The notes: a model not told the origin generated them from the letters alone. 64,000 bases of DNA from Vulcanimicrobiota bacterium (GCA_963733295.1 CAVTCS010000003.1:1952001-2016000); one strand, 5' to 3'; counted from the stretch's first letter, positions 40,184 through 49,688 are shown. Program-made: numbers and translations.

Positions 40184-40321
40184 AGGGCGGACGTTCAGCG
40201 CCGCCGCGTTCAGTCCGGCTCTAAGGGGCTTTAGGGCTAAGGAACCATCCTCCGCAAGGGGGCAACCGAGGGGTGGTCTCAAACCCTTTGTGGCTGCCCA
40301 TCCGCAATTCCGGAGGTTATT

Positions 40322-41890
40322 TTGTCATCTCTACGAGTACGTACGCTTTCTGTCGTGGCGCTTTTTGCGCTCGCGCTCGCCGGATGCGGCGGGAGTAACA
40401 GCCCCAGTTCGCCTCTGCAGGGAATGCCGGCGCCTGGCAACGGCCAGCAGCCCATGGGGTCGAGCATGGGCAGCATGGGAGGGAACACCGTCGCCGCCGT
40501 GCTTTCCGCCACGCCCACGACGTATTCGCTTCCGCTTTCGGGCGGCTATCACGCCACGATCTCCCTTCACTCGAACAGCGTGCCTGCCGGCACGAAGATG
40601 CTCCTGGGCGTCCAGCAGCCGCAGATGGCGACCGTCAGCAGAGTCCACGGTTTCTCGCGAACTCACAACTGCCCGACGACCCTCACGATCCCGCTCTTCA
40701 ACCCGTTCGGTTTCCCGATCGTCCTCGGCGTCGACGGGTTCTCGCTGACGCTGCCGTGCAGCGTGAACGGAACGCTCTTCGGCGTGAGCTTCTATCAGGT
40801 ACAGCCGGCGCCGGCGATAGCATCGTCGACGAAGGTCGGCGACATCACCGCAGTCGGAAGATCGATCACTTTCAGCTCCGACGTCGCGACGATCACGCTT
40901 CCGCCCAGAACCGAAACCGCACTCGCCATCGTTCCCGAGGGCTCGACCAGTGAGGTCGCCATTCCGCTCGCAATTTCTGGTGGCACTGCGGCGCTCACCT
41001 CGAACGCGACGGTCTTGCCGTCGCCCGGCCCGAGCCTGACGCTTACCTACAACAGCGGCGGCGGAAACGGCGCCGGCTCCGGGACGCTCTTCTCTTCGGG
41101 CTGCAATCCGGCGTTTCCGACTCCCAACGTCATCGCCTCGCCGCTGGCCGGCGTTCCGATCTTGGGCATCCCGCAGTATTACTGCGCGCTGGGCACCGTC
41201 AACTCAACCACCGTCACCTTCGGAACGAGTAACGTTACGTTTTCGCTCGCTTCACCGCTTCCCGATCGCAGCTTCATCGGGCTCGACGGGCCCGGCGGCG
41301 AATTCACCTGCGGCGACCCGTCCGGCGGGACGACGGCTTGCACGACGACAGCCTTCGCGGTGCCGACCGTTCAAAACGTCATCGTCGGCAACGTGCAAGA
41401 CATGCAATCCTGTCTTCCGGTGACCGCCGAGACGAATTGCAACTCGAACGCAGGCGCGCCCGCCCCGGCGACGACCGCGGCGCCGGGGAATTCGGAGGTC
41501 GACATCCTCGTGGCCGACGACCCAACGTATAGGGCCAACACCTCGCCGACCTGCGCCACGCCGCAGATCTGCGGCGGCTTTGCGCTCAGCATGACCGGTC
41601 CGTGTTCGATCGACAATGGCTCGGACGAAAACGGCGACGTCCCGTCTGGTTACAGCGATCCCGGCGGGCCTCAGGAGAACCCGCCGGTCAGCGGTGGGTA
41701 TTCGACGAGCGCGATCTTCCCGGCGCAAGGTCCGTTCACCGAGTTCGACATCCTCACGTACGGCGCGGGGACGTGCGCGATCACGGTGACTGAGACCGAC
41801 GGTCCCGCCCAACCCCTGCGCTCGACAACCCTCAGTCTCCAGGTCGGCGGCGGCCCCGCCGTTCGGGTACGTTCCAACAAGCTGCACTGA
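40322..41890 (+). CDS. Cys/Thr/Pro-rich lipoprotein of unknown function
   Basis: GGAGG RBS, TTG start, LALAG-CGGS lipobox, and many Cys in a beta-rich body. Confidence 0.75.
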   Translation: MSSLRVRTLSVVALFALALAGCGGSNSPSSPLQGMPAPGNGQQPMGSSMGSMGGNTVAAVLSATPTTYSLPLSGGYHATISLHSNSVPAGTKMLLGVQQPQMATVSRVHGFSRTHNCPTTLTIPLFNPFGFPIVLGVDGFSLTLPCSVNGTLFGVSFYQVQPAPAIASSTKVGDITAVGRSITFSSDVATITLPPRTETALAIVPEGSTSEVAIPLAISGGTAALTSNATVLPSPGPSLTLTYNSGGGNGAGSGTLFSSGCNPAFPTPNVIASPLAGVPILGIPQYYCALGTVNSTTVTFGTSNVTFSLASPLPDRSFIGLDGPGGEFTCGDPSGGTTACTTTAFAVPTVQNVIVGNVQDMQSCLPVTAETNCNSNAGAPAPATTAAPGNSEVDILVADDPTYRANTSPTCATPQICGGFALSMTGPCSIDNGSDENGDVPSGYSDPGGPQENPPVSGGYSTSAIFPAQGPFTEFDILTYGAGTCAITVTETDGPAQPLRSTTLSLQVGGGPAVRVRSNKLH

Positions 41891-41907
41891 GCAGCACTCG
41901 CGACGAA

Positions 41908-41943
41908 GTGAGCCGGCCGGGCATGACGCCCGGGCCGGCTCAC
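41908..41943. terminator. GC-rich stem-loop between the lipoprotein and pepP
   Basis: GTGAGCCGGCCGGGC-atgac-GCCC(G)GGCCGGCTCAC, a 15-bp stem with one bulge and no U-tract. Confidence 0.5.
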
Positions 41944-41959
41944 GAACGTCCAGGACCAT

Positions 41960-43279
41960 ATGAAAAGTTACGCCACCCGGCGCGCCGAGTTCGCGCGCCG
42001 CATGGGCGCCGACGCCGCGGCGGTCATTCCCGCCGCGCATCATGCGACCCGCAACGCCGACACGGAATACGAATACCGTCAGAATTCTGACTTCTACTAC
42101 CTGACCGGCTTCAGCGAACCCGAAGCCGTTCTGGTTTTAGCTCCGCACGCGGCGGAGCCCGTGACCCTTTTCCTGCGTGCTCGCGACCGCGCGGCCGAGA
42201 TTTGGACCGGCCGCCGCCTCGGCGTCGAAGGCGCCGTCGCGGATCTGGGAATGGACGCAGCGTATCCGATAGCGGAACTCGCCGAACGGCTTCCGGCGCT
42301 CCTGACCGGCGCGACGACGCTTCATTACGGCCTAGCGCAGAACGAGCGCATGGACCGCACCGTCATGGATGCCGTCGGCGCAGCACGCTTCAGCGTGCGC
42401 CGGGGTGGCAAGGCGCCGCAAAACTTCGTCGAGCCAGGCGTCATCCTCCACGAAATGCGCCTGCGCAAGAGCGAACAAGAACTCGCCATCATGCGCCGAG
42501 CGGCCGCGGTTTCGCTCGCCGGGCACGAAGCCGGGATGCGCGCGACGCGGCCCGGGCTCGGAGAATGGGAACTCGAAGCGATCATCGAGTACCACTACCG
42601 GCTGGCGGGCGCGCAAGACGTCGCCTACCCTTCGATCGTGGCGAGCGGCGTCAACGCCACGATCCTTCACTACAATGTCAATCGCGACGTCCTGCGCGAC
42701 GGCGACCTCGTTCTCGTCGACAGCGGCGCCGAGGTCGACCTCTATGCGAGCGACGTGACCCGGACCTGGCCGGTCAACGGAAAGTTCTCGAGCGAGCAGC
42801 GGGCACTCTACGACATCGTGCTCCGCGCGCAAAAAGCCGGGATCGAACACGTGCGGACGGGCAAGCCGTTTAACGCGTACCACGACGCGGCCGTCCGCGT
42901 GCTGACCGAAGGTTTGGTCGACGTCGGACTCCTCGCCGGTTCGATCGATTCGCTGATCGAAGAGAATAAGTTTTTCGAGTTCTATCCGCACCGGACCGGT
43001 CATTGGATCGGTCTCGACGTGCACGATGCGGGACGCTACAAAGCCGACGACGATTCGTACCGGCTGCTCGAACCGGGCATGGTGCTAACGGTCGAGCCGG
43101 GCCTGTACGTTCAGCCCGATCTCGACGTACCGGAGCGCTGGAAAGGCATCGGCATTCGAATCGAGGACGACGTGCTTTGCACGAGCGGCGAACCCGACGT
43201 GCTCACGGCAGCGATCCCGAAGGAGATCGAAGACATCGAGCGCATCGCCGGTGCGGACGCGCTCGCGAGCGTTCGCTGA
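41960..43279 (+). CDS. pepP: Xaa-Pro aminopeptidase
   Basis: YRQNSDFYYLTG, ILHY, DSG...YASDVTRT, HRTGHWIGLDVHD, TVEPGLY, GIRIEDD. Confidence 0.93.
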   Translation: MKSYATRRAEFARRMGADAAAVIPAAHHATRNADTEYEYRQNSDFYYLTGFSEPEAVLVLAPHAAEPVTLFLRARDRAAEIWTGRRLGVEGAVADLGMDAAYPIAELAERLPALLTGATTLHYGLAQNERMDRTVMDAVGAARFSVRRGGKAPQNFVEPGVILHEMRLRKSEQELAIMRRAAAVSLAGHEAGMRATRPGLGEWELEAIIEYHYRLAGAQDVAYPSIVASGVNATILHYNVNRDVLRDGDLVLVDSGAEVDLYASDVTRTWPVNGKFSSEQRALYDIVLRAQKAGIEHVRTGKPFNAYHDAAVRVLTEGLVDVGLLAGSIDSLIEENKFFEFYPHRTGHWIGLDVHDAGRYKADDDSYRLLEPGMVLTVEPGLYVQPDLDVPERWKGIGIRIEDDVLCTSGEPDVLTAAIPKEIEDIERIAGADALASVR

Positions 43280-43282
43280 GCG

Positions 43283-44125
43283 ATGCGCGTCACCGTCATC
43301 GGAGCGTCCGGCTTCATCGGACGCCGCCTCTGCGCGGTCCTGCGCCAGAATAAACACGAGGTCGTCACCGCCTCGCTGCGCGATCCGGCGGCTGCGGCCG
43401 CGGCCTGCGATGGCTCCGACACCGTGGTCAATCTAGCCGGGGAGCCGGTCGCTCAGCGCTGGACTCCCGAGGCCAAGGAAAAGATCCGTTTTAGCCGAGT
43501 CGACGCGCAGCGCGCGCTCATCGAAGGGTTGGGAACGCTCGCGCAGCGTCCCAAGGCCTACGTCTCGGCTTCGGCAATCGGATACTACGGAGCGAGCGAC
43601 GACGAGCTGTTCACCGAATCGAGCCCACCGGGTCACGATTTCTTGGCCGGGGTTTGCGTTGCGTGGGAGGCCGAGGCCGATCGCGCGGCTCAGTACGGGA
43701 TGCGCGTCGCCAAGGTTCGCAATGGGGTCGTTTTGGGACTCGAGGGCGGAGCGCTCGCAAAGCTCTTGCCGATCTACATGATCGGCGCCGGCGGACCGGT
43801 CGCGAGCGGCCGGCAGTGGAATTCGTGGATCCATCTCGACGACTGCGTCAACATCTTCCTTCGCGCCGCCGTCACGGCCGACGGCGTGCTGAACGCGACC
43901 GCGCCGACCGCGGTGCGCAATGCGGAGTTCGCCAAAGCTCTCGGCGCCGCCGTCAAACGCCCCGCCGTGGTGCCCGTCCCCGAGTTCGCGGTCAAGTTGC
44001 TGCTGGGCGAAGGCGCGTCAATGATTACGCAGGGGCAGCGCGTGTTGCCGGAGCGAACGCTTCAGGTTGGATATCAGTTCCGCTACGACACGATCGACGC
44101 CGCCCTAGCGCAACTGTTCCACTAA
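43283..44125 (+). CDS. TIGR01777/YfcH family NAD-dependent epimerase-like protein
   Basis: GASGFIG, VNLAGEP..RW, SASAIGYYG, CVAWE, WIHLDD, GQRVLP. Confidence 0.85.
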   Translation: MRVTVIGASGFIGRRLCAVLRQNKHEVVTASLRDPAAAAAACDGSDTVVNLAGEPVAQRWTPEAKEKIRFSRVDAQRALIEGLGTLAQRPKAYVSASAIGYYGASDDELFTESSPPGHDFLAGVCVAWEAEADRAAQYGMRVAKVRNGVVLGLEGGALAKLLPIYMIGAGGPVASGRQWNSWIHLDDCVNIFLRAAVTADGVLNATAPTAVRNAEFAKALGAAVKRPAVVPVPEFAVKLLLGEGASMITQGQRVLPERTLQVGYQFRYDTIDAALAQLFH

Positions 44126-44138
44126 ACGAAGGAGATTG

Positions 44139-44597
44139 ATGGCCAAGCTCTCGGCCGGCGACGACGCCCCCGATTTCACGCTAAAGACGGAGAAGGGCGA
44201 CGTCGCGCACCTCGCGGATGCGTTGAAGAGCGGTCCGGTCGTTTTGATTTTCTATCCGATGGACAACACGCCGGGTTGCACGGCGCAGCTCTGCGCCGTG
44301 CGCGACGGAGCCTCGCAATATGCGGCCGCCGGCGTCACGGTGTGGGGTGTGAACAACGGAACGGCGCAATCGCACCAAGGCTTCATCGCAAAGCACGGCT
44401 TCAGCGCACCGCTCCTGGTTGACGAGGACTTCGAAGTCGCGAAGAGCTACGACGCGGTCCTCGGCCTCGGCCCCTTGCGCTTCATCAACCGCACCGTCGT
44501 CGGCGTCGGCCGCGACGGCGAGATCCTCTACTACAAGCGCGGCTCGCCCTCTACGGATGAGATCTTAGCCGCGGTCGGAGCCTCGCCGGCGGCGTAG
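44139..44597 (+). CDS. bcp: peroxiredoxin, BCP/PrxQ type
   Basis: APDFTL, FYPMDNTPGCTAQLC and RTVV. AAGGAG RBS. Confidence 0.85.
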   Translation: MAKLSAGDDAPDFTLKTEKGDVAHLADALKSGPVVLIFYPMDNTPGCTAQLCAVRDGASQYAAAGVTVWGVNNGTAQSHQGFIAKHGFSAPLLVDEDFEVAKSYDAVLGLGPLRFINRTVVGVGRDGEILYYKRGSPSTDEILAAVGASPAA

Positions 44598-44607
44598 TCC
44601 GCGCGCG

Positions 44608-45561
44608 TTACGGAGTGGCGGTGGCGAGCCGCTCGGCCGATCGTTCAGCGTCGAGGTCTTCGAGATACTTTTCGGCGTCCATCGAGGCACGGCAGCCGAG
44701 TCCAGCCGCGGTAACCGCCTGTTTGTAGCGGATGTCGTACACGTCGCCCGCGACGAAGACGCCCGGCACGCTCGTGCGCACTCCATCGGACGACACGATG
44801 TAGCCCTTGGCGTCCAGCTCGAGCTGTCCGCTAAAGATCGAAGTATTCGGGTCGTGACCGATCGCGATGAACAGCGCGTCCGCAGCCAACTCTCGCCGCT
44901 CGCCGCTCTTTAGGTCGCGCAACACGAGCGCCTGGAGGTGATGCTCGCCCTTTGCTTCCTCGACCGCGGTGCTCCAGACGAACTCGATCTTCGGATGCGC
45001 GAACGCGCGGTCGGCCATGATCTTGCTGGCGCGCAGCGCGTCGCGACGATGGACGACCGTCACGCGCGAGCCGAAGCGCGTCAGAAAAAGCGCCTCTTCC
45101 ATCGCGGAGTCGCCGCCGCCGGCGACGACGATGTGCCGCTCGCGAAAGAACGCGCCGTCGCAGGTCGCGCAGGTCGAGACGCCACGCCCGCGGAGATGCT
45201 CCTCGCCCGGGATTCCGAGCCAGCGTGCGCTGGCGCCCGTCGCGACGATGACACTGTCGGCCTCGTACTCGACGTCGTCCGCGTGGATGCGGAACGGCCG
45301 GCGCGAGAAATCGACGCTCGTGACGTCGACGTTTGAAATCTGCGCTCCGAACCGTTCGGCCTGCGCGCGAAAGAGCTCCATGAGCTCGGGTCCGAGGATC
45401 CCGTTCGGAAAGCCCGGATAGTTCTCGACCTCGGTCGTGAACATCAGTTGGCCGCCGTACTGCGCGCCGGCGAAGACGAGCGGCGCAAGGTTCGCGCGCG
45501 CGGCGTAAATCGCGGCCGTCAGACCCGCCGGGCCCGAGCCGATGATGATGAGCCGTTCCAT
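44608..45561 (-). CDS. trxB: thioredoxin-disulfide reductase
   Basis: IIGSGPAGLTAAIY, VENYPGF, CATCDG, GGGDSAMEEA, HRRD, AGDV, QAVTAAGLGC. Confidence 0.95.
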   Translation of the reverse strand: MERLIIIGSGPAGLTAAIYAARANLAPLVFAGAQYGGQLMFTTEVENYPGFPNGILGPELMELFRAQAERFGAQISNVDVTSVDFSRRPFRIHADDVEYEADSVIVATGASARWLGIPGEEHLRGRGVSTCATCDGAFFRERHIVVAGGGDSAMEEALFLTRFGSRVTVVHRRDALRASKIMADRAFAHPKIEFVWSTAVEEAKGEHHLQALVLRDLKSGERRELAADALFIAIGHDPNTSIFSGQLELDAKGYIVSSDGVRTSVPGVFVAGDVYDIRYKQAVTAAGLGCRASMDAEKYLEDLDAERSAERLATATP

Positions 45562-45616
45562 TCCGGTGGGTTCGACCGCAGGGGAATTGTCTCCGGTTGC
45601 GCCGCAAGAGGTTTCC

Positions 45617-46435
45617 GTGCTCGAGGACGAATTCGGCGACATACTTCGCAAGGCCAAGCGCGGCACGGGGATCGGCGACGCGCAGATTGCCGGCCAAACC
45701 GGTCTCAGTCTCCACGACTTGGACGCCTGGACTCGCGGCGACGGCGTACCCGGCGATGAGGAGGCCCGCGCGATCGCACGCGCGTTGCACCTCGACCCCG
45801 GCAAGCTCGCGGATGCGGCCGCGCAGCGCTGGGAACCGCACGTGCGCATTCCCGCCGACGTGCGCCACCATCCGCAAGATCCGCATCCCTCGAACGGCTA
45901 TCTCTTCTTTCTCGAAGACGGACGCACCGCCGCGCTGATCGATCCGGCAGGCATACCGCAAAATCTCATGCGCGCCATCGGCGAAGGTCCGTACGTCTTA
46001 CGCTACATTCTCATCACGCACAAACACGCCGACCACTGCGATGCGACGGGCGACGTCGCCAAAGCTTTTCCACAGGCGCAAATCGTCATGCATCGCTCAG
46101 ACGTGGCCGCCATCGGAGCTTTGGCAAAGCAAGCCCTTCCGATCCGTGACGGCGAGGGGTTACCGTTCGGCGAGAACGCAGCGATTCGCATGCTGCACAC
46201 GCCCGGACACACCGACGGATCGTCGTGCTTCCTCTTCCACTCGACGCTGTTCACCGGCGACACGCTCTTCGCCGGCAGCGTCGGCGGCGCGTTCGGAGAT
46301 CGCAGCACCTATCGCGACATCCTCGACAGCGTGCGCACGAAGATCTTCGCACTCGACGACGCCACGGTCCTGATGCCGGGCCACGGCCCACCCTCGACGG
46401 TCGCCGAGGAAAAGGCGCATAACCCGTTCTTCTAG
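45617..46435 (+). CDS. MBL-fold metallo-hydrolase with N-terminal HTH-like domain
   Basis: THKHADH, HTPGHT, GDTLF, PGHG, EKAHNPF. The N-terminal ~70 aa resemble a Cro/XRE HTH. Start is 45617 or 45587. Confidence 0.82.
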   Translation: MLEDEFGDILRKAKRGTGIGDAQIAGQTGLSLHDLDAWTRGDGVPGDEEARAIARALHLDPGKLADAAAQRWEPHVRIPADVRHHPQDPHPSNGYLFFLEDGRTAALIDPAGIPQNLMRAIGEGPYVLRYILITHKHADHCDATGDVAKAFPQAQIVMHRSDVAAIGALAKQALPIRDGEGLPFGENAAIRMLHTPGHTDGSSCFLFHSTLFTGDTLFAGSVGGAFGDRSTYRDILDSVRTKIFALDDATVLMPGHGPPSTVAEEKAHNPFF

Positions 46436-46535
46436 CAGCCGTGGTAGGTCCCACCGGTCTACCCGATAATCTGCTCAAGGGATCCACCGATTTGAGAACG
46501 GGTTAACCTAATATCAACAAGCAGGAGTAAGAAAC

Positions 46536-46877
46536 ATGTTTGCGCGACTCATGGGGCTCGATGCCATTTCACCCGATGGACTGCATCAAATGATACAAAA
46601 GCGGCAGGTGACTGTCATCGACGTCAATTCTCGTGAAAGCTGGATTAAGGCGCGCGTTCCTGGCGCATTGAATCTTGATCCTGCCGACTACAATGAGAGC
46701 GATCTACCGCCAGACAAAGAATCTGGCCTGGTGTTTTATTGCTCTAATCCCATGTGCAGAAAGGCACCCAATGCGGCTCGCCGAGCCAAGAAGATGGGCT
46801 ATAGCAATGTGAAGGTAATGTCAGCGGGTATCAGTGGCTGGCTCGCCACTAAGCTGCCGACAGAAGGCGGAGAGTGA
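46536..46877 (+). CDS. single-domain rhodanese-like protein
   Basis: VIDVN, RVPGA, VFYCSNPMC, GYSNV, GISGW. AGGAG RBS. Confidence 0.85.
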   Translation: MFARLMGLDAISPDGLHQMIQKRQVTVIDVNSRESWIKARVPGALNLDPADYNESDLPPDKESGLVFYCSNPMCRKAPNAARRAKKMGYSNVKVMSAGISGWLATKLPTEGGE

Positions 46878-46884
46878 GCGCCCT

Positions 46885-47073
46885 TCAGTGGTCGATAAAG
46901 TCGGAAGCTTCCTTCATCGTGGGGTCGAGCCGCAAGCTCTCGTACGCGTATTTCCGTTCTTCGTGGCCACCGGGGACTATGACACGCACGACGACCTCGT
47001 GCGCGTGCACTTCCTTGACGGTGCCTTCTTCTTTCGTCCCGTCGATGTAGACGTGGTCGCCGGCCTTCAGCAT
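46885..47073 (-). CDS. small hypothetical protein (62 aa, SH3/KOW-like pattern)
   Basis: MLKAGDHVYIDGTKEEGTVKEV...VVVRV with normal codon usage. Confidence 0.6.
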   Translation of the reverse strand: MLKAGDHVYIDGTKEEGTVKEVHAHEVVVRVIVPGGHEERKYAYESLRLDPTMKEASDFIDH

Positions 47074-47202
47074 CTCGCACACGTTCCTTGAACGCGCGCG
47101 CGTCGCCTGTTCGGGCCTGCCCGCGCGGAACTCGGGCGATCTCGATTAACCCGTTCTTTCCGTAAGGTTTAGGACTGGCGTTTTTGTGGCATTTTGGACT
47201 TG

Positions 47203-47451
47203 ATGAAGCAAAAGGTAGAAGCGATCTTCGACCTGCGGGCGGCGGCCGAGGCTCACGCGCGTGCCGAGGTTGCAGTCGAACAGGCGCCCACCCCCGCAAA
47301 AAAGGACAAACTGCTCGACGCTAAGGTCGCGCTCGGGGAGGCGACGCAAGACGCGATCGAGGCTTGCGAACACTGCTCGATCCCGCACGGAAAGAACGAT
47401 TCGTGTAAGGTCCTCGAGTTTCCGCAAACGCAGGACGAACCCCGAGTCTAG
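47203..47451 (+). CDS. small hypothetical protein with CxxCxxxHxxxxxC motif
   Basis: Helical N-terminus followed by CEHCSIPHGKNDSC. Start is 47194-47203. Confidence 0.6.
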   Translation: MKQKVEAIFDLRAAAEAHARAEVAVEQAPTPAKKDKLLDAKVALGEATQDAIEACEHCSIPHGKNDSCKVLEFPQTQDEPRV

Positions 47452-47867
47452 AGGCTCGCTTCGCCTTCGTTCTGCCCTGCGGCAGGGAGACTCATCTCGA
47501 GCCGCACCCCCGTGCCGCTTTCAAAATACGTAACGCGATCGAGGAGGCTTTTCATCAAGAAGAGACCCCAGCCGCGCAGATTGGAATTCGGACCCGGCAG
47601 GGGTTCCGCGGGTGCGTTGAAGCCTTGGCCACGATCTTTTATCTCGATGATGAGCGAGGTTCCGTCGAAGCGACAACGCACTTCGAAGAATCCGCGCAGC
47701 CGGCATCCGTGCTCGATCGCATTCGAGATTGCTTCCCCGGCTGCGAGCTCGAGATCGCCGAGCCGGTCGCCCTGAAAGCCGCACGCTTGCGCGAAGGTTG
47801 AAACCGACCGGCGCGCCGCGCCGGCGCTCTCCGGCGAAGCGCGGTAGCGCATTCGTAGTCCGGTCAT
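47448..47867 (-). CDS. RsbW-like anti-sigma factor / HATPase_c Ser kinase
   Basis: AARRSV, N box EAISNAIEHG, G1 box IKDRGQGF, G2 box RGWGLFLM. Confidence 0.82.
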   Translation of the reverse strand: MTGLRMRYRASPESAGAARRSVSTFAQACGFQGDRLGDLELAAGEAISNAIEHGCRLRGFFEVRCRFDGTSLIIEIKDRGQGFNAPAEPLPGPNSNLRGWGLFLMKSLLDRVTYFESGTGVRLEMSLPAAGQNEGEASL

Positions 47868-47962
47868 TGGCGCAACGCTTACGAATGCGCGCAGCCCGGA
47901 CCCTGCCTGACAAGCGTCCCTGAGGCACGAAAACGCCAAAGTGTGAAGTCGATGTGATGCGT

Positions 47963-49645
47963 CTAAGTCGTTACGCTCGAAGTGTCGGCGCCGTCGGTTT
48001 CGATGACTCGCACTTTACCGGGAGCCGCGTTTTTGTCCGGCGGAACGAGTTGGAATTCGATGATCTTCACGCCGGATGCCGGGATGTCGACTTTGACTTT
48101 GAAGGGCGCGCAAATGCGATCGGTGCAGAACGACGCGACCCAACCCTTCGGCAGGTCTGCGGTACTCAGCGCGATGCTCTTGCCGGCGGTACCCGCAACG
48201 ACCAACCGATATTTGATCGTGTTCGGAACGCTGCCGGGCAAATCGGCGCCGGTCCACGGAGCCAACGACAGCGCCGTTTTCGCCGGGCTCGTCAAGCTCA
48301 GAGCCACGATGCCCTCTTGACCTTCCTCGAGATCCATGTCGTGACGCGAGTCCTTCGGAGGCAGCTGCGCGGCGACGGTCACGGCCGCTTCGAACTCCGC
48401 TCGCGCCCCGGCGGGATCGCCGCCTTTGACGTGAGCCCGGCCCGCGTACAGGTGCGCCGAAGCCAACAGCCGCAGCGCGTGAACGTCGCCCGGTTTCGCA
48501 GCGACCTGCGCTTCTCCGACCGAGGCGGCCTTCGCAAACGTCGCGTACGACTCGTCGAAGCGCTTCATCGACGCATAGGCGTTCCCGAGATCGATCAAAG
48601 CGCCGACGCTCGTGGGATCGAGGGCGACGATCTTCTGATCGGCATCGATCGTAAGATCGTATTGCTTGAGACGCGCGCCGGCGATAGGCAAGACCGCCGA
48701 GCGCATCGTCGTCCTTCGGATCGATTGCGACTGCGGCTTGATAGTCGTCGCGGGCCTCGACCCACTGTTCCCGTGCGCTCGCCGCATCGCCGCGCAAGCG
48801 CGCCAACAGCTCTTTATCGGCTTCGCTCGTTGCGACCGGTGCGAGCGCGGCGATCGCTCGATCGCGCAAAGCCGCCTGTTCGCTGCGCGTCTTGAGGAGG
48901 TCGCTGGGATTTCCGGAAGCGGCGTCGCTGTCGTCGAGCATGTCATCGGCTTTTGAAATTAGCGCGTCGGCCTTCTTGGCATCCGCGACGATCGCGGCAG
49001 TGTCGCCGCTGAAGGACGGCGTTCCTTGCGTCAAGCAGCGCGTCGACTTTGGCTTGCTGCGGCGAGACGATCGTGGCGTTTTGGCCTTGCGCGGCTGCGG
49101 CCGTAAAGGCGGCGAGTTGCGCTGGAGCGATGACGTCGATGTAGCGTGCACGCAGAATGCCTTGCGGATCGATCACGTACGTCGTCGGAAAGTATTGAAT
49201 GTCGTAGGCCGTCTCGAATTTCTTCTCCGAGTCGATCGCGAGCGGATAAGGCACACCTTTCGCGATCGCATACGCCTGCACGATCGGCGCCTGCTCGGTC
49301 GTGTCGACGCCGAGAAACTCGACGCCCTTGGAGCGGAGCTTGGCGTAGCTCGAAATCACGTCGGGCATCTCTTGCCTGCACGGCGGACACCACGTCGCCC
49401 AGACGTTGATGACCAGCGTCTTCCCGCGGAAACTCTCGAGGGTGACGGTACGCCCGTCAATCGTGGGCAGACTGAAGTTGGGCGCGGGTTCGCCGATTTG
49501 AGGTCCCGTCAGGGCCTTCACCGGCGACTACGCCGGCCGGCGGCGCGGCGGCGGGTTGCGAGGGCGGGCCTTCGGCAGCACGGGATGGCGAGGCGCCGGC
49601 CGCAAGGGCTCCCGCGGCGAGCAGGCTGAGCATGAGACGCTTCAT
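47963..49645 (-). CDS. exported TlpA-type redoxin fused to TPR repeats and a C-terminal beta domain, split by three apparent frameshifts (~49525, ~49035, ~48685)
   Basis: Four consecutive frames carry the signal peptide MKRLMLSLLAAG, then APNFSL...WATWCPPCRQEMP...PTTYVID, then TPRs (AVAIDPKDDDAL; VALDPTSVGALIDLGNAY), then FCTDRICAP. Confidence 0.72.
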
Positions 49646-49688
49646 GCGGCACAGTTCGACCCGCCGCGCGCCCCGTTCCCCCGTGCGC

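Noticed and set aside
46490..46890. Integron cassette around the AT-rich rhodanese
   Set aside because: No attC-like inverted repeat with RYYYAAC/GTTRRRY ends was seen downstream, and there is no integrase.
47942..47957. CRP box
   Set aside because: The second half-site is a direct repeat (TGTGA), not the inverted TCACA.
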